From positions 104,532,001 through 104,596,000 of the forward strand of contig NC_092344.1 in assembly GCF_963676685.1 (NCBI RefSeq): a stretch of DNA of 64,000 bases, in the 5' to 3' direction. The notes beneath the pieces were generated by a model. The model did no database searches. It had not been told where the DNA came from and worked only from the letters and a program-made list of their open reading frames with translations. Source of the stretch: Mytilus edulis. Taxonomy: Eukaryota. The translations under genes and the position numbers were made by a program. This document shows, in pieces, positions 43,601 through 57,065 of the stretch. The stretch's first letter is position 1. Each line of letters begins with the position of its first letter.

Positions 43601-45515
43601 ACATGTTAGACACCAACAATTAAACAACAATACCTGGATTACAATCCTGACTTGGGACAGGCACATACAGAATGTGGCGTGGTTAAACTAGTTTGTTGGT
43701 GCCAACCCCCCCCCCCCCCCTTTAAACCTTTTGTTTTAACCAAAATATTGAAAACGTAAATTACTTAAAAAAGGAAACCGAGACGCTAACTGTAGAGTGA
43801 AGATACATTAATAAACAAAACTAATATTTCAACATCATTTCTAAAGATTTGTGTTCAGTTCCTTTCAACTTATATTATTTAACGAATTGGGAATGCACGC
43901 ATGACCTTTTGAAACCAATGACAGCAAACAAATTAATCCTTCGTGCCTATGCCAAAAATGCTATCAAAGATTTGCTTATGTTAAGCCAGGCATGGCACCT
44001 GAAAGATGCATTGCAATCGCCATAAACTTAAGACAAATGATAGATCTGGTTAAAGAAAGATATAAAGTACAAAAACAGATTAAGTAATAGAACAGCTTAC
44101 GCATAACAAAAGCTGGAAATAGTGATGTCAGATCTCTCTCACAGTATGCAGCGTAATTAAATTAAAATTAGTTCCAGGACTGGTCTAATTGGTAAAGAAG
44201 TAAAACCAAATGATTAATATGACCGCGCTGACACTTCCCGGTCTAGTACACTAAAAGTGTGAATTGGGTATCTGTTACTATCGGGGAAATAAAATCAACT
44301 GTTAAAATAATATGTTATTTAGCTGATAAAGTCATATTGTCTATAATGATATTTTTCTAAGTTATCCAAGCTGTGTGTACTCAAAAATCACTTTATTGTT
44401 TATTTGTTACTTTCAACTGAGAGCCATAAAGAAAGACTTAGTTACGTCTACCAAAAAGGAGACAAAGTATATGAATTCCTATTTTTCCGAGGTCTTATGT
44501 CACTGTGTCATTATCAGAACTATTTTTCACATCTGTCATTTACAATGGATGACAATTAACAAGTATGACATCATAGGCAACGACTCATTGTTTTTCTTTG
44601 TTTGTTTGTTTAAAGTTGAGTTATTGTATACAATGTTCAATATTCTTGGATAGTTAAATTATTGATGTTACTTTCTTTCTTTTTTTTTTAACAATATCAA
44701 TTATTTTACTTTGGTTTCTAACAATATCATGGTCCGAATAAATTCGAAAAACAATATCATCGTATACATTCGACTACGTTGGATATGGCTTTTCTTTAGG
44801 ATCATTGTTGAATATAAAGCTTTCCGTTAATCTTATGCATTGTCAATTCGCCATCCCTTTGGTTATGATCATTCGCCTTTAAAACTAACCCAGAAAGTAG
44901 TTCGAATTCACCTAATTCGGTATATTTCACTCTAATGTGTTCCATAATGGATCATGAACCATGAACGAGTCATTATGTAGAATGTCCTTTGTTGTCTATA
45001 AATGACAATTTTCGTTGTCGAATACAATGTCAAAGACGAATAATTTAATAACCATAATGTCAAAAGTCAGAAGTGTGATACTTAAGATAAACAACAAAGT
45101 ACATAGTTTAAACACTGCAGCGATCTTTCAATTCAAACGGAGACCGTTTAACTTATGGGTGTAGGACTTGTTCTAGTGATGAATATATCTCTGTATGTGA
45201 CATCATACTAATCAGAGCTGCCCCTATAACATATTTTACTACTCAAGAATGACAAGTTGACAATAGGGAACAGAAATGATATATATCATAGTTTTTAGTC
45301 GTCTAAGCATAAAAAGAGGATAGAGCGATGCTAGTGCATGGATTAGAATTAAATTTGACAATTTTCGATCGAACGTTGAAGCATAATGTCAAAAACTTAC
45401 GTATTCGTGTGTAATCAGCACAAGTACAAGCATTCAAGACAAACACAATGGTAATCCATACGATATTGATAAACGACGTGTAGTTACTACCGCTGGGATC
45501 TGATTGTTCTAGCAT
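37622..45515 (-). CDS. Uncharacterised type-I single-pass membrane protein, 6 coding exons, ~381 aa
   Basis: Exons 45515-45401, 43266-43025, 41813-41657, 40663-40421, 38429-38276 and 37856-37622 join in frame with GT-AG introns (phases 1,0,1,1,2). Signal-like segment FINIVWITIVFVLNACTCA, Cys-rich ectodomain, TM VIIAGSLVSTVSFILVICWVTYCCW, and a tail with YVN and PPVPPRP. An acceptor just before the ATG implies an upstream exon. Confidence 0.8.
38915..39310 (-). mobile_element. Family 2 PLE-like 3' fragment
   Basis: Homologous to 34800-35680, ~42160-42380 and ~43420-43720; its tail gagttgtctcattggcaatcataccacatct is dispersed across the window. Confidence 0.7.
39123..39208 (-). ncRNA. Twister-like ribozyme, type-P5 (family 2)
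   Basis: Sense RNA: UAGGU..GGG-GAGGG..UAA-CCCC-GCC, P3 CACAU/AUGUG, CCUG-UCCCAAGU-CAGG-A-GCCUG. Confidence 0.7.
41423..41522 (-). ncRNA. Twister-like motif, family 3, partly degenerate (inside repeat 41323-41640)
   Basis: Same layout as 6828-6925. Confidence 0.5.
43645..43720 (-). ncRNA. Twister-like motif, family 2-related, partly degenerate
   Basis: Sense RNA: G-run..AAACUAGUUUAA-CCAC-GCC-ACAU..AUGU-G-CCUG-UCCCAAGU-CAGG-A. Confidence 0.5.
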
Positions 45516-47168
45516 CCTGCAAAATAAATACGTTATGATTTTTTAAAAACTTTAATCTTGGTATTACCAATTCTTTGGATTTACATAAAGCTTGTTCAGT
45601 GTGCTTCTCTTTAAAACTGGATTTATAGCTTTTGGTACTGTTGTCAAATATATAATGCAAAACAACTTATCTAGTGTTAGTAGTAGAGTGGTATGTCCAA
45701 TAAGTCAAATCAATCTTTCAGATCTTTCTGTTATGTCATATGCATCCAATAAAATTACAATAAAAATAAAATAAATATAAACGATAAAGTAAAGACAGAC
45801 TTTTGTCAAATATAAATTCCAAAGTCCAGGTGTATTCAGCACAAACGACAGCTAAATGGGGAACCATGTGGTTTTACATTTTTGTTGCAGATGGGCAAAG
45901 AAGATGTCAGATAATTAAAACAATTCAGTATCTTATAATGTGTTGAAATCTGGTTTATATTTATTTCAACACTAAAACGTAAAATATATTCCTGATTTAT
46001 GATTCATTGCGAACAGTATATAGCCATACATTCACTTCAAAATTAATAAGGGCTGTTTATGGTACTGTTTATGCACATTTTTTTTTACCCTAAAGAACAT
46101 AAATATTATGTCAGTATCAAAGTTTTTCCAATACTTTTCTTGGTCAATGTATTTGATGGATTTTTTTTATAGTTCGGCAGATAGTTATCAAAGGTACCAG
46201 GATAATAACCGTCAAAAAAAATGTTGATCAAAAAACTTTTAAGGATTTGGATGAAAGTAAATATCATCATTTTTTATTGAAACTTGGATACATCATGGAC
46301 TTGGACAGAAATTGTCCAATAACAGTGCAAAAAAGCTTTTCTTTTTTATATAAGACACTTGAAAGTGACAGCCGTTGGCTTTTTCTTTGACCAAATTTTT
46401 CATGAGAAACTGATGCCTAGAACCAAGTAACCTAGTCGAACATTTCTATGACCAAGTGTTTTTTAATGAAAAACTTTTAAAGTGACAAATGATGACTTGG
46501 ACCTCGCTTGGACCAAGTTTACCTGGTTATGGAATCCTTTGACCAAGTTAAATTTGAACCGGGCAAAAGAAAAGAGTTGTTTTTAAAGATCCTGGAATAA
46601 GAATTATTTCCACCAATTTTTTAACGTTACTGAATACTATTTTGGCATGCATTGGATGTGTATTGCGATTTATACTGCACTCGTTCTATTTAAGCAGTCA
46701 AAATGCGTTGACTGTATATTTCTATATCATATACAGTCACTGACCCGATATCACTTTTCCTCATGAATATTTAAATAGAAATTTCCGAAATGATATTGAA
46801 TTATTCATACGACCTCTTCAACCTGTTCTTGTTTCAAATGCATACAACGATGCGTGGAACGACTCAACATTGTTTCTTTTGCAATTATTGGAAAACATAT
46901 TTAATTTGTTAATATTTTTTGTTTGCAACCTATAAATCATTATGTTTTATGCTTATATATGGTTGATATTTAAGTCCATACTCAATCGATTTCGTTCACC
47001 ATCGAGTGTTGGTTTCAACAGGTAAATGTAAATTTCATTGTGTTGTATATTTCTCCGCGAGCATGATGTGAGGCCTTTTTAAAGGGTATTTCCCCCAATA
47101 TTTAAATCAAATAAATAACCTTAACGCATTAAACAACAATTGAAAATGTTTTTTAGATTGCAGTATAA

Positions 47169-47319
47169 AGACAATAATAGTGCATTGATTTGACATATCA
47201 ACGATATAATTGGATTCGGCCCGAAACGGGGAAATTGCTCGGCACAGCCTCGCATTTCCCCGTTTCTAAGCCTCATCCTTATATCGTTGATATGTCAAGT
47301 CAATGCACTATTATTGTCT
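47169..47319. mobile_element. ~150-bp foldback (hairpin) MITE
   Basis: agacaataatagtgcattgatttgacatatcaacgatata pairs with tatatcgttgatatgtcaagtcaatgcactattattgtct; inner stem gaaacggggaaat/atttccccgtttc. Confidence 0.8.
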
Positions 47320-50314
47320 ATATCAAATTTCCTTTGAAAAGTTAATTATTACAACTTGACAGAATCTGTAGTTGTCTTAATGTATGGGATAGATCTAAGG
47401 GTATTTGTTTCTTCTTTCATTTAAAAAATGTTCGGAATACACTACACGTGCAGGCTGTCGTCTGTTGATATTTTTTAATACTTATTTACTCGATCACGTG
47501 TGGTCATGATTGGCATATGTAAAAACTAACTTGAATTATTGCATACTTGTAAAATACTTCTGCTAATTATTCTTTCATCTGAACGCATTTGTTAATGGAT
47601 TTAAAACATGAGAGTTATTTCGTTTTAGAAGACGGCATGTGCAAGGTATTAATTGAGCGAACTGCTGAGGGACAAAGACAATTTAAACCTAGATACCCCA
47701 AACAGTACTCTTTTTGTTAACGAGTTATGCAATCTTTGTTTTCCCTGTTGACCATTCTGTAATATTTCAACATGTTTAAATGCTGTGGACATTATGTGTT
47801 TTAAATGTTCCTAATATTTAAGAATAATTACGTCATAAGTGAAAGTAATGTTCTGCAGTCAAAAGCTAATATCGATATTTTACTACTTTGTGTAAATTAT
47901 GTGCAATCTTTGCGCCTTATGCATGTCTCTCCGGGGGGAAACCCTATGTCTTATCCAGATGTTTTCAAATTGATCAATTAAAACATAAAAAGAAGACAAT
48001 TATGCTTACAAATTAAATAAACAACCTTCAAAATGAAGATAGTCCTCACCAATGAAAACGTTTCTATGATTTTTCTTGAAATTGTATAAGAAGTTATAAA
48101 CCACTTTTTATAAAAACTTTGAAAATCAACAATATCATATTCAACCAATTGTGACGTATGATTTGATAAGAATCTTATTATAACGACCTACAATGTATGT
48201 TTAACAAAAAGATATACCGCAGCAGGCACAATATAGTGCATAATGTTTAGCGAAAAACATAAAAACGATACCAGTTTTACTGCACCAGGTGCATGTGCAT
48301 TTAATCAAAGAATGTCTCTAAATGATGGTCAAGGTCTAAATATTTTCTAATTCATACCTTAATGCGAACGTAGGTGAGCAGGTAGAACCATTAGGACCAA
48401 TAAAAACATAATACGGACAAGGAATCAGAGCTCTGAATGACGGAGTTCCCCTAATTTCAAATGATTTCGTACGTAGTGTTACAACAGAAAATTTTGATAA
48501 AACAATATCAGTATTTTATGCCAGTATTGCAAAGTACTCAGCTACTAGGCTGGTGATACCCTAAGGGAAAAGAGTCGACTCGCACATCATAAACTTATAA
48601 GTTCTTTCAAATGGAGATACTATTCAGTCATATTAAAGGGATCTGGTTTACCATTCTTTGTTATCAAAATGAAGCAGTTTTTGTTTTCCCACCCAAGAAA
48701 GGTAACTAACATAAGACTAGATAATTGAAAGGGCATTTTACGTCTTGTGTGTATTTTTTTATTTTTCGTTCATTTATATGTTTTGGAAATTTGTGTGACA
48801 ATCATTTTCTCTGAAATAGTTTCACATGTTTGTGGGCCATGCAGCTGAAGCCCGCCTGTGGGATTTTCTCACTGTGTGGACGACCATCTGATGACATCGT
48901 TTTCTGCTCTTTAGTCGGGCTGTTGTCTCTTTGACATATTCCCCCTTTCCATACTCAATTTTATTATGCCATTGTTAACAACAAAGTTTCGGGATGAACT
49001 TCTGTGAGACAGGATTTATAGACGTTGACAGTATTTATACAATGCATTGTGGGCATACGATACATGTTCGATCACACGGAAAATTTATGACGAAAATTGG
49101 CATACAAGCCTTAATCAACTAGTCATTTCAAATATGTATTTAAAACAAATCCTGTGCTACCTTTAGAAATAAATGGGATCGGACGAGGCTTCCTATTTAT
49201 ACACCTCGCAAAGAAAACGGACGACCAATTTTAGCAAGAGTTTTACTGCCGGATCTTGAGAAGTCAACATATACCAAACCCAATTAATTTGATTACAGAT
49301 TTTCTTATAACCAGCTACCCCTAAAGTACAATTGCAAAGCATTCCACAGGACACAGAATAAAAATATCTGAAACATTGCTTAAAGTTTTATTCTTTAACT
49401 CTTGTTTTTTTCTTCTTGGTATAATATTTATTTTATAATGATATATCTGTTTTAAAGTTTCTTTTTCTTGACATGCAGTGTATATCCGCTGTAGAATAAT
49501 TATTTTGCCTACTGAGCTGACAATCAATTGTTGAGGAAATTAAAAACTTATACAATTTATGTATACTTTCATCACCAGTTGCTGTTAATTTAAGATCTGA
49601 GGAACCAAGATACAGAATCTTTTAACATCAGTGTCTTCATAAAAACAGGTTTTTAAGATAAAATCTTTATTTATTGTTGTTTTTACGATGAGTATTAACT
49701 AGGGATATGCAAGCAGGCGGTGACAGTTGCTTTTTGGTAATATTTATACGTTACCTGAAATTCCAAGAATGATATATTGGTTTATTTTGATCTGAGGCCT
49801 GAAAAGGTAACGCTATAGTACATTTGAGCTTTTGTATAGAACATCAAAACAATTTTCAAGAAATTCACGGTTATCATAGTCAGAAGCTGCAGTTGACGGT
49901 GGCAACATGCCAGCTTCTATAAAGTTCTGAAAACTGATGAATTAGATTGTGACAAGTACTTTCGATATACAAAAGCTTTAAAAATAAGAAGATTGAAATT
50001 CTATAATAACTGCCAATCGTGTTAAATCTGATTTTGTAGGAACCTCGAAATAAAATAAACATTTTACTAAAAAACATTTACCATGCAGTAGACTTTGAAG
50101 TCGTTAATTTCGGTTTGTAAAATACTGCAGCAACAATAAAAGAAAACACACACACACTCAATAAATGTAACTTTTTTTTCGAAAAACGCAAGGACCATGA
50201 CCTGTTTCTTCTTGAAAATAAAATCGAAAAACTTAGTACGGCATGAAAATCTTACTGGACAGAAAATGAAAAATTCTGAACCAACTATATGAAAAGCTTT
50301 ATTTTTATTTTTTT

Positions 50315-50611
50315 AGTTTAAACATATTTGTTTATAGTGGATTGGGAAACAAGTTATTACAACTTATATTAATACCTTTCAACTTTGCTGGTGCGAGTGC
50401 TGCTTGCATTAACACGGGTCAGCCATGTATCGTCCGCTTCGGACGGACTATTATCGTTTCTCAAGACTATACACGCAAATGGTGTCAATGGAGAGCCGAA
50501 AATTCAGTCTCTGAAATTTTCTCCCCCTCGTACTGGGATCGAACAAGGAATATTTGTATTTGTATTCCGATGCGCTAACCACTACCATTACTACAATAAC
50601 ACCACGGGTCT
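50315..50611 (-). mobile_element. tRNA-derived SINE
   Basis: Sense head has an A box (tagtggttagcgc) and B box (gttcgatccc), then a central body; tail aaatatgtttaaact plus an A-rich stretch. Confidence 0.75.
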
Positions 50612-51384
50612 CCTAAATTATTTTTCATTCGATAAAGAATAGCTAGCATGCTTTATACCTTGATGTGTAGACAATAAAATTTGCTTTCTCAAGAAATAAT
50701 CTGTATTTCAGTCACACAAACTTAAAGTGACCTTTCTATAGCGCCAGATCATCATATTTTTAGAGTTTTGTTATCTTAACTTTCAAACAAGAATTGATCG
50801 GCTATCTTAATTTGAAGGTAAACAATGCAGATGCTTCCCTTGTTGTTTTTTTAACATTCAAAACATCTTTAAAAATGCAAGAAGCTATCACGATATCAGA
50901 GAAACTTATCCTGTTTCACCAAGTCAAACTGTATTTTCTTATTTTGTAAATTTTGTAAATACTTGTAATATAAGAAAGTAAGTAAGTAAATTGTTTATTA
51001 TAGTGACATGTGTAAATCAACATAAATGTAGGTAATTCATCAAAATATAATCCGACATATAAAACAAACCCGGACCGATGGACCAATACGTCATCGTGTA
51101 CATTCATTTTAATATAAATGCTTCAATTAATGTTAATTGTCAATTTGAATTCGAGAGAAAGATAATAATAGTTTAAAAATAAGCGTTTGTAAAAGTTCAT
51201 ATATTGTTCTATTAAAGTTTATGAAAACTTTATAAATTTTTTAAACTAGAGTAAACCGTTTGTTTTCTACTGAAAAGTGACGCTGCTAAGTACAAAGGTA
51301 TTTTCCTTGGATTGTTCACTATTATAGAAATGTTAATTTCCCCAGATTTGTAGCTACATATATAAAGAGTCAGATCGCTAATAT

Positions 51385-52380
51385 ATTACATAAATATTAA
51401 ATGAACGGATGCCTCAGCTCTCTAATGATTGTATATGCAACGACACTGCATGGTATTTGTTACGTAACACTCTTTAATCTATAGTAAGGTCAGCTGTGGG
51501 AATGGAACCGTAGCTCTTGTACTGCTTTACTGCTTTATACATGGTGCACACGTCGAAAAAGGGTGGGATATTTCCTTTATTCTTTAAATTATAAGGCAAA
51601 TACATAGCTGGGTATCACATAAACGGAGACCTGTCCTTTATGGATATCGAGTTAATCATTTCCTATAAGGTCCTTGAATTCCAAAGGTTATTACAAAAAG
51701 TATAGTTCGATTTAAACTAAATAAGGATTGATACATAATACATAAAATCACAATGATATACTAAAACAGGATAACTTCATATTCGAAAGTGAACGTATAC
51801 AACAATTGTAATTAATAAAAAGTGCATGTATTTACGAATTTGACATCATTAGAAGGCAATATAAAATCTTAACTAACAAGAAGGAATAAATGGGATTTTA
51901 TTTAAACCTTTAGATACTTTTTATGTTGTCGTTGTTCTTTATAAAACATGCTAAAAGTATTAAACAAATGCAAGAACCACCAATTAGAGCAGCTTTCATG
52001 ATTTTTTAGGAACTTATCCTGTTTTACCAGGCCAAAAATTATTTTCTTAGTGTATCAATATATATTTATTACATAAATATTGAATGCACGGATGCATTAG
52101 CCTTCGGATGATTGTAAAAAGAAATGTACGTGGTATTTGTTACGTAACAATCCTTAATCTATAGTAAGGTCAGTTGTAGGAATGCAACCGTGGCTCTTAT
52201 AATGCTTAACTGCTTTGCACATGGTGCACCTGTCAAGGAGGGACGAAATATTTCCTTTATGTAACAAAAGCAGGTCTGCTTTCACATAAAGAGAGACTGT
52301 CCTCTTTTTGTTTTAAGTTAATCCTTTCCTGTAGGTTCATTGGATTCCAAAGATAGTCAGTTTGATTGTAACTAAATATT
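51385..52380. repeat. Diverged local duplication (~330-bp core at ~51385-51720 and ~52068-52380)
   Basis: Both copies share ggtatttgttacgtaaca..ttaatctatagtaaggtcag..catggtgcac. Confidence 0.75.
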
Positions 52381-55300
52381 GAGGAATTATATGCAAAATA
52401 CGCAAAATTATTCTAGAACAAAATTCAAAGAGCAATTTTATTCTCGCATTCGAAAGTGTGTTTAATTTAGTAATAACCAATAGTGTTACATGTAACTACA
52501 TGTGATCTTCAGAAGACAAGATGTCTTTTGTGAAATTAAAATAACATAAACGAACTAAATTTTAATCAAACATCATACTCAAATCATATTCTAAACTAAA
52601 CAAGCTATATTTTTTAGTACAATCGTAACATTAGTCAGATGAACGGAAAAAAAACAAGCCTCAGCTACAAAGCCACTTCTCGTGGTTTATCATTATTTAT
52701 TGGTTTATCTTGAAATTTAACTTTGCTCAATATAATTATATACATTCAAAAAGTATTCTTAACCATCATTTACTACATAAGGAAATATCTGTACCAATTA
52801 AAAAAAAATGACGAGTTTGATGTGTTTTGAAATCTGATAAGAGACTTTCCGTTTTGAATTTCCCTTGAACTTGGAGTTCGATATTATCGTTATTCTACCC
52901 AAGTCGATGGCATAATGAATTAATGAGAAGGACACATGGAACATAACTTTTGACGGCATTGGGCAAGGATTTTTTTTTAATAAACCACGAATCAATGAAA
53001 TATATTCACGACTACATTGACGGTTTATATATAAATACTCATATATTACGAACATCTGTGAAATTTGAAACGATGATTGTTTCAAAAATATATTGGCAAT
53101 GAAATCACATGCAGCACCATAAATTCTGAGCTATTGCCTTGTTTTTCGATCTTATCAATATAATCTTATACGCAACGATGTTCACAGTATCCACATTATT
53201 GAAATCAGCTTTTATTGGATTTTTATTGGCCTGAAGTTTAAATAAGTACATAAGTTAAATGATACATAATTGTACTCTATAACGTTTCAATAAATCGCAT
53301 AGACAATAAATGCACTTTGGACCAATTCCCTGATTATAATACAAATAAATTCTCTCAATATAGTTGAAAATACCCCATAACAAGATATGGACGCTAATAT
53401 TGAGGGTATCCGAATTGCACCTACTATGCCTAATGTAACGTATTTTATTTCCTCACAGTTTTAAAAAGATAACTTTTTTGGACGTCGGATGGTGACGTTT
53501 CTATAGATTTTACTTTTTTCCATGGAAAACTTCATCTGTTGATATGTTCTGTGAAAGTTGTGTGCATATCTACACAGAATTAGCCATGTAGAAAGACGTG
53601 CATCACGTCAAATCATAACATTGCAAATTGTTTAGTCTCAAAAATACTTATAAGACATTTCCACTGCTGTTTTGCTAAATATGTAGGTACTATTTGGGTA
53701 CTGCGACGTTATAGATATTAAAAAGGAGTTTGATCATAAACCTTATTTTCATGAAACTATTTTCAATCCATCAATCTTTGATAACATAAAAATTGGTGCA
53801 TAAATATCCTCTCACGCAGATTTGTGATTTGTTCCAAACTCAATTTTAAGGAAGGACTAAATTATTTAAAAAATTATCTTAAAAAGATGTCATTCTTGTT
53901 AAATTGAACTTCTACACCAGTGTCTCTGATTGGTTTCTGTTTCCCCAAAAAAACACAAAGGTTAGTATTTGTATATATATATTCATATACATATCTAGTA
54001 AATTTGTGTTTCCATTGTTGCACTATAATCTATTTTACTTAGATCGGAACAGAAAAAAAATGGGACCAATTTAGATCCATTGTTTAAAAAACAAAATGAA
54101 AACTTTTAATGCGTTTGGAATCATAAACAATCAGAATTAATAATGATAATATTCATGTATTGCACATAACAGTAGCATCTTTTATCTTTTAACTATTATG
54201 TCAAATACGTTTGATGTCCGTCGTTTATGTCTAATTGGTACGTACAGTGGAATTTGTAACATGTAACAAATGAAGAAACAGTTCTGCTGAAAAGGTCAAT
54301 TAACAAATGTTCTTCATCATTATAGAGACGAAAAAACAGAAATATAGCGTACATAAACCTTAAGTAAACAAACTTTTCTTACCTTTCAACATAGATAGTA
54401 TCGATGCACGAGATTTCGCATCGTCTGCCAGCTGTACTGATCAAAATAATCAGATAAATGCATACTTCAAACAAGTGCTATAAGCTTTTGTGTGTTTTAT
54501 GTGTGAAGATGCGCCACAGAAATTTATCTCTATAATGTATAGCCGATTTCAAAACCTGATTTTGGATTCGAAACATGCTTATTGTGCTGTGATGAATCCA
54601 TTACAGAAAAATGCAAGAAAAATAATTAAACATTCCTACCTGGCAATAGCTTGTCAAATTTTACTTTTCACTCCCTGTAGATTAATTAATAAAATTATCT
54701 CTAGATAAAGCGATGTAACCATTTAGTTAAATAGTTCCGTTCACACTAACGAATCAAACGGAAAATCAGATACTGATTAATAACTGAATGTTACCCATAT
54801 CATAATATCCTGCTGTTCTCTAACGTTAATAGCACTCTGTAATTTGAATCACCCACCAAATTGAAAATAAATTATGTATTTTGCTGCACACTTGGTTTCA
54901 GATCTTAGATAATTAATTTCGAATCTGCTCGTCATCATGTCTAAAATAGCTTTCTTCTGATGTTTACATAGTAAAGCTAACATAGACATGTCTCACTTCC
55001 ATCTTTATCAAATTTTAGTACGGTGCTTGCTTTTTGGTTCGTTATTGGGTAATTATGGAAAATATATAAAGCAGGTTTGCCGTATTGGTTCGTCACTCAT
55101 TTTCAGTAATGAAAGAAATTAAACGTGCTTTTTCACATTTTACTATTTGAAAACGTATCTGGCTATGCTTAATCTTTATGTTTTTTAAGTAAACTCTAAA
55201 ATAATACTTTGATGGTGCATCTCAGTGCACATGATATATCTTAGAATTAGTGTCAAGGTGTTTTGTTCAGTAATGAATGTCGAGTTGGATACACTCACGC

Positions 55301-56496
55301 TTTCAGACGTTAAAATTCTCTGGCAACTGTGTGATATATAGTTATATCACAGATTCTGCAAAGGCATGTAGTTCAATTGCGCGAGAAGGCTTAACCTACA
55401 ACTTAAGAACAAAGTCTGTTCACATCCTGTGCAGTTCAACTGCTTTGCAATCATTCAACCTTCTGCAAGATATCGAGACGTGAAAGGTGATTTTACATCA
55501 TGATAACAACAGGTCACATACTAAATGGGCTTCGGACTATCTTTCGAATCAAAGCACTATCTTGTTACCCTGGCTATTCAGATCAACAGATTTAATTAAA
55601 ATTTAACATTTATATATTGGAATTGAGCGCCACACGTGCCACGGTCATGCAGCCTTGTAACATACCAAGCGGACACACCAGTAGAGGTGCAGGAAAGATA
55701 TAATGTTCGAATCAAGTGTTTAAAAATACCAGTACATTGATTCATTATCGCTAAATCAATGCAATGATGACTATTGTATTGCACTTAAATGTTGATCACA
55801 ACACCTATTAATGTTATATTAACCCAACCGGTTTTGTTCCATGACAACTTTAAACGCAGATAATACTTTGTTTAAGGTCGAGAAGAGACTGTGTAAATAC
55901 AATAGCAATACTTCATACACAAATGCACCAAAGACTGAATAAAGGCAACAGTAGTATACCGGTGTTCAAAAGTCATAAATCGATTGAGAGAAAACAAATC
56001 CGGTATACAAACCATAACCGATTGAAACACATCAACTATAAGAGAAAAACAATGGAACGACATGCAGGTACACCGAAGTGCAACTAAAAAAAAACCAAAC
56101 GCAAACACACGCGGGGTATTTTGTTCGATAAAATATTGATTAAAGTAACTACTACAAGGTCACTGGGGTAAAGCTGATGACCGTAACTGCATTCACGGTC
56201 ATCCCAAGATGTCGGACGAAAAATTAGGTCAGTATTTTTATTGTCTGTTAAGTTGTTTCTACATCATTTTCTTTACAAAGCATACATTGGTACGATGTAA
56301 ATTTATAAAAGATTCACACGGAAGTCACAAATCTCTACCGAGGAACATGTATAGAACGGGAAATTGGGTTTGAAAAATTCGCTAAGATGACCGTAAATCA
56401 TCTTTAAAATATTTTCAAGATGACCGTAACATATAATAAGGATGACCGTGATTGGTAAAATGATGACCGTAATTTCGAAAGGATGACCGTAATTTA

Positions 56497-56939
56497 GTAT
56501 GAAATTCAAAACAGTGTAGCTGTGGCCATTGATTGACCCATCAAAATCATCCATTGACTGGGACAATTTACGTGAACGTTTGTCTGTAACAACCACTGTT
56601 CATGACGTACCTACGATAGACATTTAAACTGTGGGGTCAACAAAGGTTTCTTAACGCCTTTAATTATAAAATAATTCGAAAAATTAATCAGGAATAACCT
56701 TTGTGTTTTGATTTATATAATTGATATAAATCAAAATATCGTGTTATTTCTGATTAATTTTTCGAATTACTTTATTTAGGTGTTGAGAACCTTTGGTGAC
56801 CCCATAGTTTAAGTGTATTTAAAAAGTACATAGTGAGCATTGGTCGTTACATACACACGTTCACCTAAATTGTCCCAGTCAATGAATGATTTTAATGTGT
56901 CAATCAATGGCCACAGCTACACTGTTTTGAATTTCATAC
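56497..56939. mobile_element. 443-bp fully palindromic MITE with a TA TSD (Tc1/mariner-like), nested
   Basis: TA-GTATGAAATTCAAAACAGTGTAGCTGTGGCCATTGATTGAC...GTCAATCAATGGCCACAGCTACACTGTTTTGAATTTCATAC-TA; the arms pair to the centre at ~56720. Confidence 0.85.
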
Positions 56940-57065
56940 TATAAAGGATGACCGTACCTTTCATAGTATAACCGTCATTTCTAAGAAATATCCGTATTTG
57001 TATTATCTTTTTTGTATCAAATAATTAATCGTGGTGGTGTAAGTCGTATTTATAAGACAACATTA

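Noticed and set aside
50540-50611. tRNA gene
   Set aside because: A and B boxes are present but there is no intact cloverleaf, and it continues into a SINE body and tail.
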